A stretch of DNA of 64,000 nt, from NCBI GenBank assembly GCA_016177025.1, contig JACOWB010000007.1, positions 7,751 through 71,750 of the forward strand, given 5' to 3'. Below, piece after piece: positions 57,073 to 64,000 of this stretch. The position numbers and the translations under genes are program-made. Each line of letters starts with the position of its first letter. The stretch's first letter is position 1. The notes below the pieces were generated by a model that saw nothing but the letters and a program-made list of their open reading frames with translations, was not told the origin of the DNA and made no database searches. This stretch comes from Candidatus Aenigmatarchaeota archaeon. GTDB taxonomy: Archaea; Aenigmatarchaeota; Aenigmatarchaeia; CG10238-14; SCSR01.

Positions 57073-58140
57073 ATGAAAATTGCAATACTGCACGATTCTT
57101 TTATCGAGAGGGGCGGGTCGGAAAGATCAACCTTGTTGGCAGCAAAACACCTCAATGCCGACGTATACACGACTTACATAGATAGAAAAAATGTCGACAT
57201 AAATTTGAATGGCATTAATATATCAGAGCTCGGTCTTAGTTTCAAGAGAGCCAAATTACTGACCTTTACAGAAATCGCACTAAAATTTCTAAATTTCAAA
57301 CCGGATAATTATGACATGTTCTTGTTTACAGACTATCATGCCATTTCCGCCGCCAAATTCTGTCATCCTAATATTTGGATATGCAACAGTCCAATTCGAA
57401 TTTTGTACGATTTGCACGACCTTGTTTACAAGAGATTGAGCCTTGCTCAAAAGCCGATTTTTGATCTTTGGTGCAGAATATATAAACAGTTTCATCAGAA
57501 ATGGGTAAGAGACATAGATAAAACGGTTGCCATATCTCAGAATGTCGCCAAAAGGATAAGCAAGTATTACAAAATAAAGCCAAACGTCATATATCCACCA
57601 GTTGAAACTGAAAAATTCAAATTCAAGTCTTATGAGGACTTCTATCTTGCCCCTGGAAGGTTAATGAGAGAAAAAAGGATTGACCTAATTATCGATGCAT
57701 TCAAGGATTTACCAGACAAAAATCTCGTTATTGTTGGCGATGGCCCAGAAAGAAGCACACTTATGAAGAGAGCATCTGGCAGCGGTAATATTCAATTTTT
57801 AGGAACAGTCAGCTTTGATTCTTTGGTCAACCTGTATTCTAGATGTACAGCAACCATATACATGCCTTTTAACGAGGACTTTGGGTTAGTTCCAGTCGAG
57901 TCTATGGCCTCAGGTAAACCTTGCATAGCAGTAAATGAAGGAGGGTGCAGAGAAGCAATAATTAACAAGAGAACAGGATTCTTAATCAAGCCCACTAGAG
58001 ATGAGCTAAGAAAATATGTCAATATTCTCACACCAGAAAATGCGAATGAAATGAAAAATGAGTGTATAAAAAGATCTAAGATGTTCGATGTTGAAGTTTT
58101 TGTTAAAACCATTAAAAAAGAGATGCGATCTATCGCTTGA
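57073..58140 (+). CDS. GT4 glycosyltransferase
   Basis: GGSER, IYPPV, EKRID, EDFGLVPVESMASG. Confidence 0.92.
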   Translation: MKIAILHDSFIERGGSERSTLLAAKHLNADVYTTYIDRKNVDINLNGINISELGLSFKRAKLLTFTEIALKFLNFKPDNYDMFLFTDYHAISAAKFCHPNIWICNSPIRILYDLHDLVYKRLSLAQKPIFDLWCRIYKQFHQKWVRDIDKTVAISQNVAKRISKYYKIKPNVIYPPVETEKFKFKSYEDFYLAPGRLMREKRIDLIIDAFKDLPDKNLVIVGDGPERSTLMKRASGSGNIQFLGTVSFDSLVNLYSRCTATIYMPFNEDFGLVPVESMASGKPCIAVNEGGCREAIINKRTGFLIKPTRDELRKYVNILTPENANEMKNECIKRSKMFDVEVFVKTIKKEMRSIA

Positions 58141-58774
58141 TAACTTTGCCAACACCAATCAAAATCTGAGGATCACTGTTTACCTGCAGTTCATGTATAT
58201 CTGAATTTCTGTTATAACCAATTAATCTTTCGAATATGCCCCTACCTGGAAAAGCCAGAAACCATTTTGATTGCCCAAAAATGCGCACACCGCCAAATTT
58301 TTGGTTAAACATTCTAATGAACATCCCTTTCTTGAAGTTACTTACATGATATTTATTTTTTACAATCTCAAACTTGTAGTTTGGAGTCGACATAACAACA
58401 GTTCCATTCTGTTTGGTTATTCTTTTTATTTCATCTATGAACTTTCCCCAATCTTTAATATGTTCAATTGTTTCAAACGAGACCACAACATCAAAATAGT
58501 TATCCTTAAATTGCATCTTAGTAGCATCCATGACAAGAAACTTTCCTGAATACTTGCCTTTCGAATAAGCAATCGCATCTTTCGAGTTGTCTACGCCAAT
58601 GACCTCTTTTGCTTTGTGTTTTGCTAAATATTCAGTACCATATCCCGTCCCGCAAGCCACATCTAGAACTCTCTTATTTTTAACGAATTTGCTTGCAAAC
58701 ACATATCTTTTAAGATGTTGTTCAAAATTTTGCGAATCTTCACCTACCCGTTCGATTATTTTCGAATCTAGCAT
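58130..58774 (-). CDS. Class I SAM-dependent methyltransferase
   Basis: HLKRY, VLDVACGTGYG, SFETIEH, STPN. Confidence 0.9.
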   Translation of the reverse strand: MLDSKIIERVGEDSQNFEQHLKRYVFASKFVKNKRVLDVACGTGYGTEYLAKHKAKEVIGVDNSKDAIAYSKGKYSGKFLVMDATKMQFKDNYFDVVVSFETIEHIKDWGKFIDEIKRITKQNGTVVMSTPNYKFEIVKNKYHVSNFKKGMFIRMFNQKFGGVRIFGQSKWFLAFPGRGIFERLIGYNRNSDIHELQVNSDPQILIGVGKVIKR

Positions 58775-58820
58775 ACTAAATAAATAAACGATAAGTTAAT
58801 AAACGACGGTTGACCATGTT

Positions 58821-59846
58821 CTAAACGTATCTGAAATAAACTAGAAAGAGTGCAACTATAGAAACAACTACTTGTAGCAAAATTAACGATAACGCAACTT
58901 GTTTTTCTGTCATCGGCTTCAAAATCATAAAGAAGTGTGTTAAGCTATATATTTTCTTACCATATGGGGGATTAAGTTTTCCATCAGCTCTAATTTTGCC
59001 TAGGCAACTGGCTTTAAATCCAGACCGTAATTTCAGGAAGAACTCGACAATAAAAGGAAGCAAAAGAAGAATACCTAATTTTTCCATATTACCAACGATT
59101 ATGCCACTTACAACTAATGCGCCAAGAAGGTAAGTAAGAGAGTCTCCGGGCAAAATTTTCGCAGGGAACCAATTATAAAAAACAAATGCAATCAGAGAGA
59201 CCGTCACAATTAGAAACAAAGGAGCTATGCTATTTTGACTCATCAAGGCAAACAAAGCAAGAGCTGCCATATACACAATTCCCATTCCAGTTTCTGAACC
59301 ATTGAAACCACCTAGCATATTAATTGCATTACTTGCTCCAACAACTCCTATGGGGATTAGCAACAATGGGTATATGATGCCAAAGTCTACAGCTCCTATA
59401 AAAGGCAGAGACATGGTCGAAACACCAGCACTTACGACCATCAAAGGAATAGCACCTGGCAATGTGAGAATCGGCTTAAGCCATTGTGGAAGACCAACCC
59501 GAATATCCATTTCATTTTTACTCTTTGTCATTTTCGAACGTACATTCAAATCATCAAACAATCCAACTAAGGTCACTATGAGTACAGATGATATGATAGC
59601 AAAAAGATACAGCACTTCATTCGAAACTCCATATAGAAAAGTTGTTAGTCCTATGTAGGTTAAAAGGCCAGCCAAGATACCGATTGATACGCACATGCCT
59701 CCAGAAGACGGCAACTTCGGCTTATCCTTTTTATGTTGGTCGATACCAACTATACCAGCATTAAGCAAAAATTTGATTAAAAATCGCGTGGCAAAAAAAG
59801 TAGCAAGAAATGCTACAATTAGAGAAATCAGAATGACAAATACCAT
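58821..59846 (-). CDS. aglH: UDP-GlcNAc:dolichol-phosphate GlcNAc-1-P transferase (AglH/Alg7, PNPT family)
   Basis: GIDQHK...P..GG, GLFDD, NAINMLGGFNG.E, YNWFPAKILPGD, YSLT. Confidence 0.85.
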   Translation of the reverse strand: MVFVILISLIVAFLATFFATRFLIKFLLNAGIVGIDQHKKDKPKLPSSGGMCVSIGILAGLLTYIGLTTFLYGVSNEVLYLFAIISSVLIVTLVGLFDDLNVRSKMTKSKNEMDIRVGLPQWLKPILTLPGAIPLMVVSAGVSTMSLPFIGAVDFGIIYPLLLIPIGVVGASNAINMLGGFNGSETGMGIVYMAALALFALMSQNSIAPLFLIVTVSLIAFVFYNWFPAKILPGDSLTYLLGALVVSGIIVGNMEKLGILLLLPFIVEFFLKLRSGFKASCLGKIRADGKLNPPYGKKIYSLTHFFMILKPMTEKQVALSLILLQVVVSIVALFLVYFRYV

Positions 59847-59857
59847 TTAGACCATCA

Positions 59858-61471
59858 CTAATTATCATATATCACTTCATAGATTATATTGCCATCACAA
59901 CCACCTTGTTGTAAGCACTGGTCTAGTGGCGGCCCATTTTCATAAACTGGTTTGAATATTTCTGGATTATTTTCCAAAAGTTGCACAAAGCTTACTGAAT
60001 AGCTCTCTCTTGACGGTTGTTGGCTTAAGCTGAATTTTTGGATGAAGAAATGCGTTATACCATGCATTTCTGAGAAATCTCGGATAGATTCCGGATTGGG
60101 GTTCAATCTTATATCAGCAAAACCAGCAGCTATAGTTCTCTGGCAGCTATATGCAGCTCTATGCCCCCAGAAAGTCATTAGCCTCACGTCTTCGTCTAAA
60201 TTTTCTTTTACCCAGTCGCACGCCTCGAAAAATAGTGGTGAAAATGTTTTAACGTTTTCCATCGACTGCAATTTGCTAGTGATGCTTTGATAACCAAAGA
60301 ATAGAACTAGACCTATGACAGCTAAACCCAGATATGTCTGGTATTTTCGCAAAAATTTATATATCTCGTTCCAGTATATGGCACTTACTATGGCTATGAA
60401 AGGTGTCCATGGAAGCAATTGTCTTACAGTATCTTCTGTCCTCGATGATGTTTGATAAAGTGCAACTAGTCCTAAAAACAACATTATCAACAAAACAGCT
60501 CTTGTTTCACCACTATGGTGTTTTATTAATGCAATTAACCCCCCAAAGAATCCTATTAAAATAAACCATATGTTACCATATGCAAAATTTATAAAGTTTT
60601 GGAGGCCGAAACTTAGCAACTCATTTTCTGATCCTCCAGCCAAGGTCCTAACTTCGAATTTGTAGTTTTCCTCAAACTGCTTGAGCACACAACCGTCCTC
60701 ATCAAACAATGGGAGTTGTTGGCATTCAGGTGTTCCATAATAGTAAAAATTTCTTAATAGAAAAGGGGTCGTAACAAGCAAAAATACCACACCAAAAAGC
60801 AGATAATTCTTGAAGTTGGGAAGAAATTTTCTTTCGGATAGCAGACTATACAAAAACAGAATAGGTACAAATAAAAGAATTATAATCCCTGCATGTTTGG
60901 TTAAAAACGTTAATCCCGCGAATAGAGCAGACAGGACCAAATACCTCCTATTTTTTTCTTTCACCCCGATGGCAAATGTCAAGGCAAACAAAGACATGAA
61001 AAAAGTAAGAAGCATTTCATCAAACGTCAAAACAGAATAAGTCACAAATGACGGCAGCGTGACCAACACGAGGGACGATATAATACCTATTTCTATGTTG
61101 AACAATCTTTTAGCCAGCAAAAACACAGAGATGCCAACTAGCAGAGCTAGTAATGGCGGGAATGCTTTAAGAATGATTTCATGGTTTCCAAATACAAAAA
61201 GAAAGCTAGCCTCTAAAATGTTAAACAGTGGCGGTCTCGCATAACTACTTTTTGAGAGCGGCGTATACTCAAATGGAGTCCAAATTGGATATTCCTTATT
61301 CTCTGATATCCATTGCGCCATTCTTGCGTGGAAGCCTTCATCACCAAATGTAATCTGAGTCTTTAGAGACGTATTCAGTTCAAGGACAAAGAAAACTCCC
61401 AGCAAAATCAAAAAGGCAAGCAGAAGTGTGCTGTTATAATTGAACCCCATTTTTAGTTGCATCTCCACCAT
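59858..61471 (-). CDS. GT-C membrane glycosyltransferase (ArnT/PMT-like)
   Basis: DEGFH, RPPLF, LTK, many TM helices, soluble C-terminal domain. Confidence 0.8.
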   Translation of the reverse strand: MVEMQLKMGFNYNSTLLLAFLILLGVFFVLELNTSLKTQITFGDEGFHARMAQWISENKEYPIWTPFEYTPLSKSSYARPPLFNILEASFLFVFGNHEIILKAFPPLLALLVGISVFLLAKRLFNIEIGIISSLVLVTLPSFVTYSVLTFDEMLLTFFMSLFALTFAIGVKEKNRRYLVLSALFAGLTFLTKHAGIIILLFVPILFLYSLLSERKFLPNFKNYLLFGVVFLLVTTPFLLRNFYYYGTPECQQLPLFDEDGCVLKQFEENYKFEVRTLAGGSENELLSFGLQNFINFAYGNIWFILIGFFGGLIALIKHHSGETRAVLLIMLFLGLVALYQTSSRTEDTVRQLLPWTPFIAIVSAIYWNEIYKFLRKYQTYLGLAVIGLVLFFGYQSITSKLQSMENVKTFSPLFFEACDWVKENLDEDVRLMTFWGHRAAYSCQRTIAAGFADIRLNPNPESIRDFSEMHGITHFFIQKFSLSQQPSRESYSVSFVQLLENNPEIFKPVYENGPPLDQCLQQGGCDGNIIYEVIYDN

Positions 61472-62432
61472 ACTTTGTCAAGAAATATTTATAGAAGTCC
61501 TTTTTCGTACTTCTTATAATTTTACAATTTTTAACAACTTTGTTCAACACATCTACCATGCCCCTTTCCACAAACTGCGGGTCAAAATTATTCAAATAAG
61601 AATATGCAAAGAAGGTTTCTTTGGTAAAATGATCTCCAAGCAAAGAATGTAAAGTTGCTGAGACCATTTTGTTTATCGCTGTTTTTTTATCCACTTTTGC
61701 GACACCGTTTCCCCATTCAAGGAAATAAATGTCTCCAAGCTTCCCGCTCTTTTCTATCGGCAACAGTTTTGACAGGTCTATTCTAAGATTCGGATCTATA
61801 TACAAGTGTAAAGGTGGCAACTTGGCTATGAGATATTTCATAAAAACCTTAGACTTGTCAATCATAGACAATTTGAGATTCTCAATATTTTTAGAATGAA
61901 AGAAAATACCCGCCTTATGTGGAAAAGAATAGACATTGCCATCTTTCCCTACAATAACAGCATCGTCTCCTAAAACCCCAAAATCCTTTCCAGCCAAACC
62001 GAAAATAGTAGACGATTTGCCCATTTCAGACCAAGCAGTAATAAGTAAAGCTTTGCCTTCCTTTGTCAAACCGCCCGCATGAACAAATGTGCATCCTTTT
62101 TGGAGCAGTTTAAGCTGTAGTAAATAAGTTACTAATCCAGCAACACCGAACATGCTATGCGTGAATTTAGTGAAGTAAAACTCAGTTCTATCCCCTTTAA
62201 TGTTTTTGAGAAGCAACTTTTGTATACTTTTACCATAAAAAGGATATTCCAAATAAAGCGTATCATTACCGCCAGAGAACTTCAGTCCAAGTTTATTTGA
62301 TTCACTCTTGTCAAAAGAAAAATCACCCTGCTTAATAACCAAATCTATCTTTTTTGGCTTTCCTTCAAAGAATTCAGGCAGAATTCTAATGTTCGATTCT
62401 ACACCTATTAAATTATGTATGTTGTAGTACAA
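61434..62432 (-). CDS. HPr-kinase-like P-loop protein
   Basis: FVHAGGL...LITAWSEMGKSS...LGDD. Confidence 0.6.
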   Translation of the reverse strand: MYYNIHNLIGVESNIRILPEFFEGKPKKIDLVIKQGDFSFDKSESNKLGLKFSGGNDTLYLEYPFYGKSIQKLLLKNIKGDRTEFYFTKFTHSMFGVAGLVTYLLQLKLLQKGCTFVHAGGLTKEGKALLITAWSEMGKSSTIFGLAGKDFGVLGDDAVIVGKDGNVYSFPHKAGIFFHSKNIENLKLSMIDKSKVFMKYLIAKLPPLHLYIDPNLRIDLSKLLPIEKSGKLGDIYFLEWGNGVAKVDKKTAINKMVSATLHSLLGDHFTKETFFAYSYLNNFDPQFVERGMVDVLNKVVKNCKIIRSTKKDFYKYFLTKYGGDATKNGVQL

Positions 62433-62499
62433 TTTTCCCGCCTTATAATTAACTCCAACACAAGGTTAAATATCTTACCTTTTAATCCTTTCAGAGTAT

Positions 62500-63675
62500 T
62501 TGATAACTATGAAAATACTTATTTTGTCGGATTTGGCGCCACCGTACATAGGCGGTGGGGAAACATACGTGACTAAACTCAGCACTGGATTGGTTAATGA
62601 AGGCCATGAAGTGCACTGGTTAACATCTAGAATTCCAGACACGTCAGCAGATGAAATTTTGGATGGTGTGATAATACATAGAGCGCCTATCTTGTTCCAG
62701 TCGAAATATTTATTTCCAGGAAGACACAGTTTTGGTCTTACGTCATTGATAAAAGGTATTAAATTAGCGAGACAGTGCGATGTAGTGCAAATCAATACAC
62801 TAGTCCCCGGTTTGTCGGGATGGATGATTGCAAAGTATGCAAATAGACCATCTTTGCTTTTTTGCCACGAGTTCTTCAACACAATGTGGCATAAGATAGG
62901 TCAAAATTTTTTCGAAAAATATTTGTACCCGATCACAGAGAACTTGACATGCAAAGCACCTTATGACTGGTTTGCATGCCCCTCTGAATATTCAAAAAAA
63001 ACCATTACTAACTACGGCGTTCCGGAAAATAAGGTAACTGTGATACCACATGGAATAGATACAGACTTCTTCGACACAGCAAACAGGAACTTAAAATCAT
63101 TCGGCTTGGAAGATGCTCCTACATTTGGCTACTTCGGAAGGTTGATGGTGAAAACAGCAGCGCATTCTAAGAATTTAATTACACTTTTGAAAGCAGCCAA
63201 GCTGGTTGTAGAATCCATACCTAATGCGAGGCTACTGCTAGCCGGCATTGGATATAATGAGCTCGAACCTTATGTCAAAGAAATGGAGTTGGAAAAAAAC
63301 GTTGTTTATGCAGGGAAACTACCCACCGAAGACACGCCAAGCTTCCTAAAGGCATGTGACGTGGTAGTCTGTCCTGCTATAAGCGATGGCTTTTGTTTTT
63401 TACTAGGCGAAGCTGGAGCAAGTGGCGTTGCGACAGTAGCCACAAATATGGGTGCGCATACTGAAAGAATAGCACACAATAAAACAGGCATTTTAACTTC
63501 AGCTGAACCAAAAAACTTTGCGGAAAATATAGTCAAACTTCTTAACGATAAATCTTTAAGAGAAGAATATGGAAGAAATGCTAGAGATTTCATGACGAAA
63601 TTTACATGGAAAAAATCAATTGATAAGCACGTGGAGCTTTATAATAATCTCATAGAACAAAAACAACATAAATAA
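62500..63675 (+). CDS. GT4 glycosyltransferase
   Basis: GGGE, IPHGID, YFGRL, DGFCFLLGEA. Confidence 0.88.
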   Translation: MITMKILILSDLAPPYIGGGETYVTKLSTGLVNEGHEVHWLTSRIPDTSADEILDGVIIHRAPILFQSKYLFPGRHSFGLTSLIKGIKLARQCDVVQINTLVPGLSGWMIAKYANRPSLLFCHEFFNTMWHKIGQNFFEKYLYPITENLTCKAPYDWFACPSEYSKKTITNYGVPENKVTVIPHGIDTDFFDTANRNLKSFGLEDAPTFGYFGRLMVKTAAHSKNLITLLKAAKLVVESIPNARLLLAGIGYNELEPYVKEMELEKNVVYAGKLPTEDTPSFLKACDVVVCPAISDGFCFLLGEAGASGVATVATNMGAHTERIAHNKTGILTSAEPKNFAENIVKLLNDKSLREEYGRNARDFMTKFTWKKSIDKHVELYNNLIEQKQHK

Positions 63676-63696
63676 ATGAAAAAATAATTGATGTAA

Positions 63697-64000
63697 ATGC
63701 CCAACCCGTCAAAACTCATACCAGTGCTATTAACTATTTTTTCTCTAGGTGCCATCATTTATCTCGCTGTTTTCATTCGATCAGGAACATTATCAGCACC
63801 AACAGTTTTAGACTATGACCCTTGGTGGCAATACAGACATGCAAAAGAAATCTATGACAATGGCTTTAGTATACCGGACTGGGACATTTTAAGTTATTAC
63901 CCTCCAGGCAGACCTTATGCAATATCTCAAGGCTGGCCATTTACTATAGCATTTTTCTATGAAGTGCTGAAAAATTTTATTAATATAGACTTTATGCAGG
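63697..64000 (+). CDS. aglB: Oligosaccharyltransferase AglB/STT3, N-terminus (partial, not in ORF track)
   Basis: Hand translation MPNPSKLIPV...FIRSGT...LDYDPWWQYRHAKEI...WDILSYYPPGRP: STT3 N-terminal DP and D..S.YP.G motifs. Confidence 0.8.
   Translation, partial: MPNPSKLIPVLLTIFSLGAIIYLAVFIRSGTLSAPTVLDYDPWWQYRHAKEIYDNGFSIPDWDILSYYPPGRPYAISQGWPFTIAFFYEVLKNFINIDFMQ

Overview
Archaeal chromosomal segment, probably from a DPANN lineage and possibly Aenigmatarchaeota-like; this is inferred from gene content and protein style, not from a search. 1-10 kb: translation, transcription and division core genes (gltX end, L7Ae, S28e, L24e, a truncated uL11, spt5, secE, ftsZ, slyD, rpoD, S11/S4/S13, L1/P0/P1) plus two intron-containing tRNAs. 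10-18.6 kb: an accessory block with two nucleoside-deoxyribosyltransferase-fold paralogues, Lys-poor degenerate HisB-like and PRTase-like proteins, two regulators and a set of Zn-finger microproteins, most of them too short for the ORF track. 18.6-30 kb: housekeeping genes (fibrillarin, Nop5, NnrD, HtpX, tRNA-Pro, Hel308, Kae1, PRC-barrel, 2H-phosphoesterase, CBS proteins, Hjc). 30.3-35 kb is the most striking locus: wHTH gene, an AT-rich origin-like spacer, an AT-hook/wHTH gene, a catalytically dead PolD small-subunit (DP1) homologue, and an intact Pol-delta-like PolB ending in a DP2-type Zn finger, which is a eukaryote-like polymerase architecture. 35-64 kb: a large surface N-glycosylation cluster (Alg13/14-like, Wbp-type diacetamido-uronic acid pathway, amidotransferase with HisH/HisF, flippase, sulfation-related module, AglH/Alg7-like, GT-C, start of AglB). 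No CRISPR array, rRNA, integrase or transposase was seen. All calls are by-eye motif recognition without database searches.
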